NCBI GenBank assembly: GCA_965652295.1
Contig: CBFGTS010000001.1
Span: 512,001-576,000 of the forward strand
Reading direction: 5' to 3'
Length of the DNA: 64,000 nucleotides
Origin: an uncultured Haloferula sp.
Lineage (GTDB): Bacteria; Verrucomicrobiota; Verrucomicrobiia; Verrucomicrobiales; Akkermansiaceae
Part shown: one piece after another, positions 39,401-48,366 of the stretch
How positions within the stretch are numbered: the first letter of the stretch is position 1
Layout: each line of letters begins with the position of its first letter
Translations under genes and position numbers: made by a program
The notes under the pieces: model-generated
Seen by the model: only the letters and a program-made list of their open reading frames with translations
Database searches by the model: none
What the model was told of the DNA's origin: nothing

Positions 39401-42400
39401 TCGCGCCCGGAATTCCGGACAGCGCGGTGGGTGATGTGATCGTGGTGCCGTGGGGCAAACCCGAGGCGCTCGACATGATCCGCGAGATCGCCCACGAGCT
39501 GGCCGCCGTGCTCGTCGAACCGGTGCAGAGCCGCCAGCCGGAGCTGATTCCGATCGAGTTCGTCCACGAGGTGAAGAAGATCTCCGAGGAGAGCGGCTTC
39601 CTGCTGGTCTTCGACGAGGTCATCACCGGCATCCGCCAGGGACCGGGCGGTTCGCAGGACCTCTACGGCATCCGCGCCGACCTCGCGACCTACGGCAAGG
39701 TCTTCGGCGGCGGTGCCCTGCCGATCGGCATCATTGGTGGCAAGGCGAAGTACATGGACACCTTCGACGGCGGCCAGTGGCAGTATGGCGACGATTCCTT
39801 CCCGGAAAAGGAAGTCACTTTCTTCGCCGGCACCTTCGTCCGTCTGCCTCTCGCCATGGCCGCCTGCCGTGCGGTGCTGAAGCACGTCCAGGCCCAGCCG
39901 AAATCCTACTGGCAGGACATCGGTGCGCGCGCCGATCGCCTCGCCCGCACGGTGGACCGTATGTTCCGCGACCACGGGATCGACGTTCGCATGGTGAACT
40001 TCAACTCGCAGATGTATCTCCGCGTCGGCGAGAGCGAGAAGCACGGCAACCTGATCTACTATCATCTCCGTAAACGCGGGGTGTTCGCGATGGAGGGGCT
40101 GCCCTTCTACCTGACCGCGGCGCATACGGACGCCGATGTTGATTTCGTGATCAATGCCTTCCGCGAAACGATCGCCGCACTCCAGGACGGCGGCTTCTTC
40201 CCGCGGCTCTCCATTTCCACGGAAACCGAAGCGGCTCCCGGAGTGCGAGGGCCGTTCCCGATGACCGAGCCGATGTCCGAGCTCTGGCTCGCCTCACTGC
40301 TCGGTGAGGAGGCGAACCTTGCTTTCAACGAAATGCTCCAGCTCCGGCTGGAAGGAAGCATCGATCTCGCCGCCGTCCGGCGCGCCTTGCAGGACCTCGT
40401 GGATCGTCACGACGCACTCCGTCTCCGCGTGCCTTCGCAGGAGAGCCCGCAGTTCGTGGTCGATTCGCGGCAGGAGATTTGTCTGATTGAAAAGGACTTC
40501 CGCGGGCTGGCCGATGCCGAGCAGAGCCTCGTCGAGGCCGGCCTCGAACAACGTGAGACGCCCTTCGATCTTGCCCGTGGTCCACTCTTCCGGGTGGTGG
40601 TCGCCCGCCTGCGCGACGACCTCACGGTGCTTCAATTCGTCGCCCACCATCTTGCGGCCGATGGCTGGTCATTCGAGGTCCTGATGAAGGACTTCAAGGT
40701 CTGCTACGAAGCCCGCAAGGTCGGCATGAAGCCGATCCTCAAGGGAGCGCCGTCGATCGTCGACCGCGCGCTGCGCGAACACCAGCAGGGCGGGGGAGAC
40801 GAAGCCGCGCTGGACTGGTGGCGCGAACGCTTCGCCAGCGGCGTGATCGAGGCCGATCTGCCCCTCAATAAGCCCTATGGCGCGGAGCCGGTTTACCGTT
40901 CCGCGACCTGCGAACTGATGCTCGACCGCACCATCGCCGAGCGCATGAAGGAGCTCGCCCGCAAGTGCGGCGCGACGCTCAACAGCACGCTCCTGGGTGG
41001 CTTCGAGGCGCTCGTCCACAGGCTCACGGGACAGTCCGAGTTCGTCCTGACTTTCCCCTCCGCCGGGCAGATGAGCTCGAACGAGGAGGCCCTCGTCGGT
41101 CATTGCGTGAATTTCCTGCCGCTGCCCGCCGAGGTCGACCCCGAGGCCTCGTTCAAGCAAGTCGTCGCCAAGGCGTCGTCGAACCAGCTCGACGTCCTCG
41201 AGCACGGCGAGATCACCTACGGGCAGCTCCTGCGCGCGCTGAAGCTCGGTCGCGATGGCGGTCGCCGGCCGATGATGGAGATCATCTTCAACCTCGAGCC
41301 TTCCGGCGATCCCGGCTACATCGGCAACCTCCGCGCCAAGGTGGAAACCGTTCCGGCCCGCTACAGCAATTCCACGATCTTCCTCAATCTCATGATCATG
41401 CCGGACGGCCTGCTGCTGTCGTCCACCTACAACCGTGAGTTGATCGACGAGGGCACGATGATGGCCTGGCTCGAGTCCTTCCGGGAGCTGCTGCTTGATG
41501 CCGCCCAGGATCCGACCAAGCCGGTCGGTCTGCTCAACCTTCTCGGCTCCGAAGCCCGTGCCCGGATCGAATCGTGGAGCCAGGGAGGAAGTACGGTGCT
41601 TCCCGTAAGCGTGTCCGACCGCTTCCGGGAAACCGCCGAGACCCACGCCACGCGCACCGCCCTGGATTGGGACGGCGGCAGCATGAACTACCATGATCTT
41701 GCCGCCCGCGTGTCCGGTCTCGCCAACGAACTCATCGCCCGCGGCGTGCAGCCCGGCGACCGCGTGGGCATCCACCTCGAGCGGGGCCCGGAGTTGATCA
41801 TTTCCATCCTCGCCGTGCTTGAGGCTGGCGGCTGCTACGTGCCGGTGGATTCCGGCTTTCCCGCCGACCGCCGTCGCCAGGTCTTCAACCAATGCGATGT
41901 GCGCCTCGTGCTCACCTGCGGCGATGGCGATGGCTGCGCGACGCTCGATCCGTCGACGGTCGGTACCGGTCCGGCCGGGCCGGTCCGCCGCCGGCCGCAC
42001 GATCCGGCCTACGTCATGTTCACCTCCGGCACCACCGGGGTGCCAAAGGGTGTGGTGGTCCCGCATTCCGGCATCATTCGGCTGGTGACGAACACGAAAT
42101 ACTGCCAGTTCTCACCGGAGGAAACCTTCCTCCAGGCGGCGACTCCGGCCTTCGATGCCGCCACGTTCGAGATCTTCGGCCCGCTGCTCAATGGCGGCCG
42201 GCTCGTTCTCCTCAACCCCGGCGAAACCTCGCTGGCGGACATCGCCACCGCGATCCGCGACAAGGGGGTGAGCACCGTGTGGCTCACCGCGGGATTGTTC
42301 GAGCTGATGGTCGATGAGCACCTCGACGACCTCAAGGGTTTGCGCCAGCTCCTCGCCGGTGGCGACGTGCTTTCCGTGCTCCACGTGCAACGCGCCTATC

Positions 42401-44160
42401 GCGCGCTCAGCGGCACCCGGATCATCAACGGCTACGGGCCCACGGAGAACACCACCTTCACCACCACCCGCACGATTCAGGAAAGCGACCTCGGCGGGCG
42501 GGCTCTCCCGATCGGCTCACCGATTGCCGGCACCTTCGTCGAGATCGTCGATGGAAACGGCCGCCTGGTTCCCGTCGGCATGCCGGGCGAACTTCGGACA
42601 GGCGGCGCAGGTCTCGCACACGGCTACATCGGCCGCGACGACCTCACCAGCGAGCGCTTCGTCGAGACCCGCCGCGGCCCCGTCTATCGCACCGGCGACC
42701 TCTGCCGCTGGCGGCCCGATGGCAGCATCGCGTTTCTCGGCCGCAAGGACCATCAGGTGAAAGTGCGCGGATTCCGCATCGAGCTCGCCGAGATCGAGGC
42801 CTGCCTCCAGGCCTGCGAAGGCGTGCGTCAGTGCAAGGTGGCCGTCCGCGGTCAGGGTGCCGCCGGCAAACGCCTGCTCGCCTGGTATTCCGCGACGGAA
42901 GCGGTCTCCGAGGATCTCGTCTCCGCCTGGCTGGAGAAACGCCTGCCCACCTTCATGGTGCCGGACCGCGTGATGCGCCTCGATCTGCTGCCGGTGAACG
43001 CCAACGGCAAGATCGACCTCGCCGCGCTGCCGGAGCCCGGATCCGTGAGTGTGGCCACCGGCATGGTCGAGTTGCCCGAGGGCGAAACCGAAATCCGCCT
43101 CGCCGCGATCTGGCGGGACGTGCTCGGCATTCCTTCCGTCCACCGTCACGACGACTTCTTCGAACTCGGTGGAAACTCGCTCGGCGGGCTGCGCATGTTC
43201 GCCCGAATTCACCGTGAGTTCGGCGTAATGCTCCCGCTCGCCACCCTGCTCCGCGCCCGCTCAATCGCCGCGTTGGCCGTGGCCATCGAGGAGGCGCCTT
43301 CCGTTTCGGGAGCGACGGTCTCCACGGTGCCCGGCGATCATCTGGCGGTGATCCAGCCGGAAGGCTCGGCCGCGCCCTTGTGCGCGATCCATGGGGGCGA
43401 TGGAGGCATCCTGTTCTACCGCGAACTCGCCGAGCGCCTGCCGAAGGACCGGCCGTTCATCGCCATCGAATCGCCCGACCTCGGTCGCGACGAGGAGATC
43501 AAGATCGCCAGCATCGAGGAAACCGCCGCCCGCTACGTCGAGATGCTGCGCGCCGACCGTCCGGAAGGCCCCTATCTGCTGGCGGGCTACTCGTATGGCG
43601 GCGTGGTCGCCTACGAAATGGCGCGGCAGCTTGCCGATGCCGGCGAGGAGGTGCCGTTCCTGGGCGTCTTCGATACGATCAACCCCGCCGCGGCCGTGCG
43701 GCCGTATGCTCTGACGGAGCGCGTCTCCGTCTACTGGAACGCACGCCAGGATCTCTCCCTGGGTGAGAGGATCCTGAAGCTGGCCAACCGTTTCGCCGAA
43801 GGCGTGAACACGCATCTCCGGGTGAAATCCGAGTCCGCCGCGGCACATCGGAGCGCCCGGGCCGCCGCGCACTCCGAGCAGCGGGCGATTCTGCTGCGCG
43901 AGGCGCATGAAGCGGCGATGGATGCCTATCGCCCGGGCCATTTCCACGGCCGGATGCACGTCTTCCGCGCGACCGAGGTGAACGACAAGTTCGAGGTCCC
44001 GAGCGACTACGGCTGGGGCGAACTCGTCGATGATCTCCAGATCGTCGAGGTTCCCGGGGAACACCTGACCCTTTTCGACGATGGCAACGTTTCACCGCTG
44101 GCCGACCAGTTCAGCCGCTGTCTCAGCACGGCCCTCGGCCGTCGCCTCAACCGCCGATGA
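33433..44160 (+). CDS. Hybrid PKS-NRPS: FkbH-ACP-KS-AT-ACP-ACP-class III aminotransferase-C-A-PCP-TE
   Basis: DADHTLW (HAD/FkbH); LGGNSL; KS TACSSS, EAHGT, GHLD; AT GHSVG and HAFH; two LGFDSL; FDEVITG and TYGK; C HHLAADG; A YVMFTSGTTGVPKG, YGPTE, YRTGD; LGGNSL; TE GYSYG. Confidence 0.96.
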   Translation: MSHAPLVAVRLSATFTADPIVPVLCRWFDSFGLGIPVEVTPMQQVLQQLLDPGSALSGNRGGVNILLIRGSDLAVDHAARARSAAREVGAALAESVSRDGIRTLVVLCPVRDGGEAEEIFRDELRDQVAEVAGAEFFDGGEAAGLYDVGEIFDSEAEAAASLPFTEPMFTALGTTLARKVMAGLRKPIKVIAVDADHTLWNGVVGEVGSRGVEISSARQAFQRGLIDLGRQGYLLCLVSKNHPDDVEAVFRENPDMVIPRDAFVDAVVNWEPKSANLQRLSTDLNLGLDAFLFLDDSPAEIAEVAANAPAVLGVRVPENEDELAGFLRHLWVLDAHSVSAEDAQRTDFYHDEARRRELRQRTSSYEEFIAGLELRMDIAALDDSNLARASQLTRRTNQFNSCPRPRDEAELREGSRGMVARLVEVSDRFGDYGAVGLMIFREDGGRLWAETFLLSCRALGKGVEQRMLRYLGEVAGELHLDEIAIWFSDSGRNQPVRDFLESQPGRWEDELRIIPAAAARECSLVPSAVSARSQAVVAGEPVTDAEHMATIARELRTAAAIAAWMAEPVKSRPEISERFVSPEGPVEEKIAAIWAGVLNLDKVGRKDRFVDLGGNSLQLVRVHAQVQREFGKHFELVRMFEHPTVEEQSELVAGAKATTADVVETVSESSESDALAIIGMAVRLPGANTPEELWENLRNGVESIERFTAGDEDVPGPADDPAFVRARGLLAPELYEGVDGGLFSILPREAEIIDPQQRVFLELCWEALERGGYTPDAAEAQGGRTGIYAGCYYDTYLPHHILSDPELHRRHLSEAQVGALQVEFGNDKDHLATRVAFKLNLKGPSLTVQTACSSSLVAVGHAAMSLRAGHCDMALAGGITITVPQKRGYHHEEGGMLSRDGHCRPFDADSSGTVFSNGGGVVLLKRLKDAIRDGDHIHAVIRGYGLNNDGGTKHSYAAPSVDGQADAIRRAHLDAGVDPRTITYIEAHGTATPLGDPIEIAGLTAAFRQSTADTGFCAVGSLKSNLGHLDTAAGVCGLIKTALSLEHGELPPVLHFQTPNPRIDWAGSPFFVNDTLRPWQPAGGAPRRAGVSSFGVGGTNAHVVLEEAPRDVTPREEPQGPRLWVLSGRTTSAVDELAGRLAAFAEGGRRDSFAAAARTMSLGRKAMTQRAVVVARDWDSLASTLRDARPAAIESAASAPGLVWMFPGQGAQHPGMTADLYAAEADYRADIDFCADNLKPLLGEDLRDTLFAEDGDAAERLKHTVLAQPAIFVVEWALARQWARWGVLPELMIGHSVGEFTAACLAGVFSIEDGLRILAARGKLMGGMPGGSMLSVRLSAEKLRPRLPQGVDLAASNGPDLCVVAGERDAVAAFAAQLETGGVNVRELHTSHAFHSWMMDPVVERFRKVIEGVKLHTPKMAILSTVTASRLTDEQATDPGYWASHLRHTVDFHGAIAAAAGEKEGRLYLEVGPGQTLTTLSRQTAGRLGKGYVASCNHPASDAPDHDRLLLAAGELWAHGAKIDLARFHADAPAQRVPLPTYPFQRRRAWLECRLLDRPVERLAPLPQSGTVADIAEVPVIAAASMLDQVREVLEGLSGIPAEEMEPRFSFLELGFDSLLLTQAARELGKTFGVPIAFRDLMQNFPTLAQLTAHLEKHAAPVARAAAPAPATASVVVTPPQDAAAPADMLGRVREVLEALSGIPAAEMEPRSGFLELGFDSLLLTQAARELGKAFGVPIAFRDLMQSYPTLAQLVAHLEANATAAPSAPVAKAAPVAVPATPDQPEEESGVSGPRTRIDRTRSGDELTPPQRAHLEQLIAEYCEKTRTSKAKTQQFRKWHADPRTVNGFNRLYKEMVYQIVATRMKGSRMWDVDGNEYIDMVNGFGPNFLGHAPDYVTEAIQEALATGLEIGPQCETAMECAKLFCEVTGNDRVCFLNTGSEAVQAAMRIARTVTGRDKILVFDKDYHGNFDPVLVRSVGKGARRRTLPLAPGIPDSAVGDVIVVPWGKPEALDMIREIAHELAAVLVEPVQSRQPELIPIEFVHEVKKISEESGFLLVFDEVITGIRQGPGGSQDLYGIRADLATYGKVFGGGALPIGIIGGKAKYMDTFDGGQWQYGDDSFPEKEVTFFAGTFVRLPLAMAACRAVLKHVQAQPKSYWQDIGARADRLARTVDRMFRDHGIDVRMVNFNSQMYLRVGESEKHGNLIYYHLRKRGVFAMEGLPFYLTAAHTDADVDFVINAFRETIAALQDGGFFPRLSISTETEAAPGVRGPFPMTEPMSELWLASLLGEEANLAFNEMLQLRLEGSIDLAAVRRALQDLVDRHDALRLRVPSQESPQFVVDSRQEICLIEKDFRGLADAEQSLVEAGLEQRETPFDLARGPLFRVVVARLRDDLTVLQFVAHHLAADGWSFEVLMKDFKVCYEARKVGMKPILKGAPSIVDRALREHQQGGGDEAALDWWRERFASGVIEADLPLNKPYGAEPVYRSATCELMLDRTIAERMKELARKCGATLNSTLLGGFEALVHRLTGQSEFVLTFPSAGQMSSNEEALVGHCVNFLPLPAEVDPEASFKQVVAKASSNQLDVLEHGEITYGQLLRALKLGRDGGRRPMMEIIFNLEPSGDPGYIGNLRAKVETVPARYSNSTIFLNLMIMPDGLLLSSTYNRELIDEGTMMAWLESFRELLLDAAQDPTKPVGLLNLLGSEARARIESWSQGGSTVLPVSVSDRFRETAETHATRTALDWDGGSMNYHDLAARVSGLANELIARGVQPGDRVGIHLERGPELIISILAVLEAGGCYVPVDSGFPADRRRQVFNQCDVRLVLTCGDGDGCATLDPSTVGTGPAGPVRRRPHDPAYVMFTSGTTGVPKGVVVPHSGIIRLVTNTKYCQFSPEETFLQAATPAFDAATFEIFGPLLNGGRLVLLNPGETSLADIATAIRDKGVSTVWLTAGLFELMVDEHLDDLKGLRQLLAGGDVLSVLHVQRAYRALSGTRIINGYGPTENTTFTTTRTIQESDLGGRALPIGSPIAGTFVEIVDGNGRLVPVGMPGELRTGGAGLAHGYIGRDDLTSERFVETRRGPVYRTGDLCRWRPDGSIAFLGRKDHQVKVRGFRIELAEIEACLQACEGVRQCKVAVRGQGAAGKRLLAWYSATEAVSEDLVSAWLEKRLPTFMVPDRVMRLDLLPVNANGKIDLAALPEPGSVSVATGMVELPEGETEIRLAAIWRDVLGIPSVHRHDDFFELGGNSLGGLRMFARIHREFGVMLPLATLLRARSIAALAVAIEEAPSVSGATVSTVPGDHLAVIQPEGSAAPLCAIHGGDGGILFYRELAERLPKDRPFIAIESPDLGRDEEIKIASIEETAARYVEMLRADRPEGPYLLAGYSYGGVVAYEMARQLADAGEEVPFLGVFDTINPAAAVRPYALTERVSVYWNARQDLSLGERILKLANRFAEGVNTHLRVKSESAAAHRSARAAAHSEQRAILLREAHEAAMDAYRPGHFHGRMHVFRATEVNDKFEVPSDYGWGELVDDLQIVEVPGEHLTLFDDGNVSPLADQFSRCLSTALGRRLNRR
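38188..38709 (+). repeat. Internal tandem duplication encoding two ACP domains
   Basis: 38188-38400 and 38497-38709 are closely similar in DNA and protein (VREVLE.LSGIPA.EMEPR..FLELGFDSLLLTQAARELGK.FGVPIAFRDLMQ). Confidence 0.9.
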
Positions 44161-44245
44161 TGGTTTGAAAACCCCGATCTTTAGCATGAGTGATATTGAC
44201 TGAAATTGAATCCATTCCGCCCTTTGTTTATTTCCTGACCCCCCG

Positions 44246-45520
44246 GTGAAATATCTTCTTCCAACCCGATCCTCGCGGATTCCGGCGATGGTCGCCTGTC
44301 TGATGCTGACGGGCCTGACCGCGATGAGCCGTGCCCAGCAGGGGCTCGACGAACTGGTGGAATATCACCCCGTCCAGCGCGTCGAGGACTCACGCGTCGA
44401 CGCCGCCATGGGTGAAGCGATCTGGCTCCCGCCGCGGGAAATGGAGCTCGAACCCGAGCCGGTTGAGCAGGGTTGGAACATCGGCGTGCAGCTGGACGCT
44501 GCCTACAACGACAATATTTTTCTCAGCCGCTCGAACCCCGAGGCCGACGTGGTGATCCGCCTCACGCCGAAGGTGGAGTGGGTCCACGGCGTGGAGGGCG
44601 ACGAAGGCGCACATCTGGCGGTTGTTTACCGTCCGTCCGGCGTGGTCTATCTCGATCACGGTGGCGACAACCGGATCGATCACGAACTGACGGTCGCGGC
44701 GGGGTATGAGGGACCCCGGACCGGCGTCGTTTACCAAGGAGGCTTCCGCCGCCTCGGCGAACCGACGTCCGAGCTGGGCGGCATCCGGTCCGATCGCACC
44801 GAGTCCGCGAACGAGCTGCGACTGATCTGGAAGCCGAAGGAAAAGATCGGCGTGCAGGTGGCCGTCGGCCAAACGACGCGGGACTACGACGAACCGATCC
44901 TGGCGGGGTCCGAATCACTTTATCTTGAGGCGGCGCTGGAATATGCCTACTCGCCGAAGACTCGCTTCATCGCCGCCTATCGCAGCGGCAGGTTCGAGGT
45001 GGATCGCTCGCCGGAGCAAACCTTCGATCAGGCCACGTTGCAGATGGTATGGCAGCCGCGCGAGAAATGGACCGTGAGCCTGAAAGGTGGCGTGGAATGG
45101 CGCGACTACGCGCAGGGTGGGGATGCCTACGGGGTGTTCGACGCCCGTGTGGAATGGGCTGCACGCGCCGGCACCTCGCTGTTCGTTGCGGGCTACCGTC
45201 GTGAGGACGTTTCAGCGGTGTTCGCCGGGCAGAACATCGAAGTCACGGGTGTCAGCGCCGGTGTGCGGCAAAAGCTCGGCGAGCGCTGGACCGCCACGGT
45301 CGAGGCAGGCCTGGAGCAATCCGACTACAAGGTCGTCGCCGGGGCGGGTACGGCGGGCCGCAGTGACGAGGTGATCTTCGTCCGGCCGGCATTGCAGTAT
45401 TCGATCAGCGAGGATTTCCGGCTCGGCACGTATTATCGGTATGAAAGGAACGCGTCCACGGCCGCCGCGTTCGGTTACGACAATCACCAGATGGGAGTGG
45501 AACTTGAATATGAATTTTAA
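44246..45520 (+). CDS. Outer-membrane beta-barrel protein of EPS export loci (start may be ATG 44288)
   Basis: Signal peptide; YNDNIF near the N-terminus; amphipathic strands; C-terminal ELEYEF. Confidence 0.85.
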   Translation: MKYLLPTRSSRIPAMVACLMLTGLTAMSRAQQGLDELVEYHPVQRVEDSRVDAAMGEAIWLPPREMELEPEPVEQGWNIGVQLDAAYNDNIFLSRSNPEADVVIRLTPKVEWVHGVEGDEGAHLAVVYRPSGVVYLDHGGDNRIDHELTVAAGYEGPRTGVVYQGGFRRLGEPTSELGGIRSDRTESANELRLIWKPKEKIGVQVAVGQTTRDYDEPILAGSESLYLEAALEYAYSPKTRFIAAYRSGRFEVDRSPEQTFDQATLQMVWQPREKWTVSLKGGVEWRDYAQGGDAYGVFDARVEWAARAGTSLFVAGYRREDVSAVFAGQNIEVTGVSAGVRQKLGERWTATVEAGLEQSDYKVVAGAGTAGRSDEVIFVRPALQYSISEDFRLGTYYRYERNASTAAAFGYDNHQMGVELEYEF

Positions 45521-46085
45521 TCTGAAGCATCTCTGGCTGGGCTGCCTGCTGGCTCTCGGGGTCGGCCTGGTTCCGGCATCGGCCCAGGAAGCCTCGTCCG
45601 GCATCATCGGCAGCCGCGACAGCGTCGAAATCCGGGTTTTCCGCGAAGATGACCTGACCACCCGCGCCCAGCTCTCCGCCACCGGGGAGGTCGAAATGCC
45701 GCTGATCGGCGCGGTGAAAATCGCCGGTCTCACCACCAGCGAAGCCGGCCGCGTGATCGAGCGGAAGCTGCGCGATGGCTACCTCGTGAAGCCCGAGGTG
45801 AGCGTGGCGATCACCGGACGCGTCCGGAAAACCGTGACGGTGCTCGGTCAGGCGCAGAGACCGGGCGTGTTCCAGCTCGATCCGAACCGCGAGCTGACCA
45901 TCGTCGAGGCCATCGGTTTGGCGGGCGGCATGACGCGCATCGCCAACGCGAAGAAGATCACTCTCAAGCGCAAGGGCTCGGCGAAACCCTACCGGGTGGA
46001 CCTCCGCGCCATCACCTCGGGCGAGGCGAAGGACATCCCGCTGCGGGATGGCGACGTGATCACGATCCCTGAAAGCATGTTTTGA
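45510..46085 (+). CDS. Short Wza/OPX-type polysaccharide export protein (Poly_export plus SLBB)
   Basis: D.VEIRVFREDDL, MPLIG.V..AGLT, VTVLGQ..RPG, AIGLAGG, LRDGDVITIPE. Confidence 0.88.
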   Translation: MNFNLKHLWLGCLLALGVGLVPASAQEASSGIIGSRDSVEIRVFREDDLTTRAQLSATGEVEMPLIGAVKIAGLTTSEAGRVIERKLRDGYLVKPEVSVAITGRVRKTVTVLGQAQRPGVFQLDPNRELTIVEAIGLAGGMTRIANAKKITLKRKGSAKPYRVDLRAITSGEAKDIPLRDGDVITIPESMF

Positions 46086-46095
46086 TCCGACCTCG

Positions 46096-48276
46096 ATGAA
46101 TCATCACCTATCACGAACGGAACCCCAGGTTTCCCCCGCCGCGCCCGGTCCGGCGGGTGGCGCGGATCCGACGTTTTTCCTGCCGAAAGTCGAGGTTTCC
46201 CGCGTCGCCGGGTTCCTGCGCCGCTGGGCATGGCTGCCGCTGGCGCTGGCCGTCCTCGGAGGGCTGGTCGGCTGGTTCATCGCCCAGCGGGCGACGAAGT
46301 ACTACGTCTCCCATGGATCGGTCTACGTCAGCACGGAGGCGCCCAGGATTTCCGAAATCCAGGCATCGACCACCGAGGAATCGCGCGATCTGGAGCAAAT
46401 GCAGTCGGTCGAGCAGGGCATGCTTTCCAACATGCTGCTGATGCAGGTGGCGGACCGGCTGGGTCTGGCCAAGGATCCGGGCTTCGCCCCGGAGGCGACC
46501 ACGGATCAGCAGAGGCTGGAGGTGCTCGCGGACCGCGTGGACGTGGCCCTGCGCCGCGGGACGCGACTGATCGATATCACCGTGGAAGACACCGACCCTG
46601 AGCGCGCCCGCCGGATCGCCGAGGCGGTGAAGCAGGAATACGAGTCGCTCAGCGCCGACCGTCAGGAGGTCATCCTGCAGGAGATGATTGCCGGCCTCGA
46701 CGTGGAGGAACGCCGGTTGCGGGCCAAGATGGAGGCATCGCAGCAGGCGGTGCGGGATTTCCGCGAGCAGCATCCGGAGCCGGGCCTCGATGGTCAGCCG
46801 GGCACGGGGAGCGCCCGCGATGAACTCTCGGTTCTGGGAGCGCAGCTCACCGAAGCGAAGACGGGGCGGATGAAGCTGGAGTCCGAGCGCGAGGCGTTCG
46901 CGCGCTTCGATCCCGAGGATCCGGATGCCCTTGCCGGCCTGCCGCAAAGCGAGACGGCGACCGAGGTGGCGGGGCTTCTGAGAGAGGTGCGCGCCAAGCA
47001 ACTCGACTTCGCCCGCGTCAAGGAACGCTATCTTTTCAAGCACCCCGAATACCAGCGCGCCGAGGCGGAGCTGACTGAAACCATGAGGAGCCTGAAGGCC
47101 GCGATGGTGACCGCCGGTGAAGCGATCGAAAAACGTTACCGGATCGCGCTGGAGAACGAGCAGAAGCTCGAGCGCGAGGTGGCCGCCGCCAAGACCCAGG
47201 CGGTGGATGTCGAGGGGATGCGGAGCGAGTTCGTCCGGCTCATGCGCCTGGCGGAGAACAATGTGGAACTCCACCAACAGGTTTCGCGGCAGTTGCGCGA
47301 GGCGAACCTCGCCGGCTCGGTGCCGGCCTCGGTGCTGAGTTGGCGCGATCAACCGACGGTGCCGGAGAAGCCGTCCCGTCCCCGCAAGGTCCTGATGGTC
47401 GGGCTGGGCTCGGTGCTGGCCTTCTTCTTCGGACTCGTCGCTGCGGTGGGCCTGGAGATGTCGGATCGGAAAGTCCGTGGTGCGGCCAGCGCGATGCGGG
47501 CGACCGGGGTTCCGATGTTGGGCCAGCTTCCGGCGGGCGATGGGCGCTCCGGGGCTGTGGTGCTTTCCGATCCCCGTTCGGCGTTGGCCGATGCTTTCCG
47601 CCGCCTCCGCGTGGTGCTTTCCCCGAGCCCGCAGAGCGGCCGGGTGCCATCGATTCTCTTCACCTCCGCCACCGCGGGGGAGGGAGCCTCCTTCTGTGCG
47701 GTGAACCATGCGGTCTCGCTCGCGTTGGAGGGCCATCGCACCTTGCTGATCGATGCCGATCTGCGGACTCCGGGCATCAGCCGCGAGCACCTGCGCGAGC
47801 GGGCCGGCCACCTCGGACTCGGCGGCTACCTCGAAGGACGGGCCACCGCTGCCGACGCCTGCGTCCGCACACCGGTCCCGGCGCTCTACCTCATTTCCTC
47901 CGGTGAAATGCGCGGGGATGCCTCCGAATTGCTGTCCCGCACCCGGCTTCCGGCCTTGCTGGAAGAGGCGGGCAGTTGGTTCGACCGCGTCGTCATCGAC
48001 GCTCCGGCCGTGCTCGGATCCAGCGACGCCCAGGTCGTCGCACGCAGCGCCGACCGGACCTGCCTGGTCGTCGGCGAGGCAGGCGCGAACCGCCGCGAGC
48101 TGCGCGAGGCGGCCAAACACCTTCGCGATGCCGGCGGCAATCTCGTCGGCTTCATCTGGAACGAGCATCCGGTTGGGCCCGGCGAGGCCCCTTCGCTGGC
48201 CGTCGCGCGGGAGGGAATCGCAGGTAATTCCCACGACGACTTGATTGTTTCTCCCCCTAACCGCACTTCATCTTGA
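46096..48276 (+). CDS. Wzc/GumC polysaccharide co-polymerase with a degenerate BY-kinase domain
   Basis: Two TMs flanking a coiled coil, PEKPSRP motif; DAFRRLR, TSATAGEGAS (Walker A lacking Lys), IDADLR, VIDAP. Confidence 0.9.
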   Translation: MNHHLSRTEPQVSPAAPGPAGGADPTFFLPKVEVSRVAGFLRRWAWLPLALAVLGGLVGWFIAQRATKYYVSHGSVYVSTEAPRISEIQASTTEESRDLEQMQSVEQGMLSNMLLMQVADRLGLAKDPGFAPEATTDQQRLEVLADRVDVALRRGTRLIDITVEDTDPERARRIAEAVKQEYESLSADRQEVILQEMIAGLDVEERRLRAKMEASQQAVRDFREQHPEPGLDGQPGTGSARDELSVLGAQLTEAKTGRMKLESEREAFARFDPEDPDALAGLPQSETATEVAGLLREVRAKQLDFARVKERYLFKHPEYQRAEAELTETMRSLKAAMVTAGEAIEKRYRIALENEQKLEREVAAAKTQAVDVEGMRSEFVRLMRLAENNVELHQQVSRQLREANLAGSVPASVLSWRDQPTVPEKPSRPRKVLMVGLGSVLAFFFGLVAAVGLEMSDRKVRGAASAMRATGVPMLGQLPAGDGRSGAVVLSDPRSALADAFRRLRVVLSPSPQSGRVPSILFTSATAGEGASFCAVNHAVSLALEGHRTLLIDADLRTPGISREHLRERAGHLGLGGYLEGRATAADACVRTPVPALYLISSGEMRGDASELLSRTRLPALLEEAGSWFDRVVIDAPAVLGSSDAQVVARSADRTCLVVGEAGANRRELREAAKHLRDAGGNLVGFIWNEHPVGPGEAPSLAVAREGIAGNSHDDLIVSPPNRTSS

Positions 48277-48366
48277 CATTTAAGACCTCTGCGCAATGAT
48301 GCGGGTCCCTCACCGCGTTTAGCGGCGCGTAGACCGCTCCCCAAGCTGTCCCCCCCACCCCCCAAA

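Noticed and set aside
35521..40125. 1534-aa minus-strand ORF, and similar long ORFs such as 1571-3199, 10004-12037, 16845-19040, 46111-48234 and 48319-50172
   Set aside because: Antisense shadows of well-supported genes in high-GC DNA; no recognisable motifs
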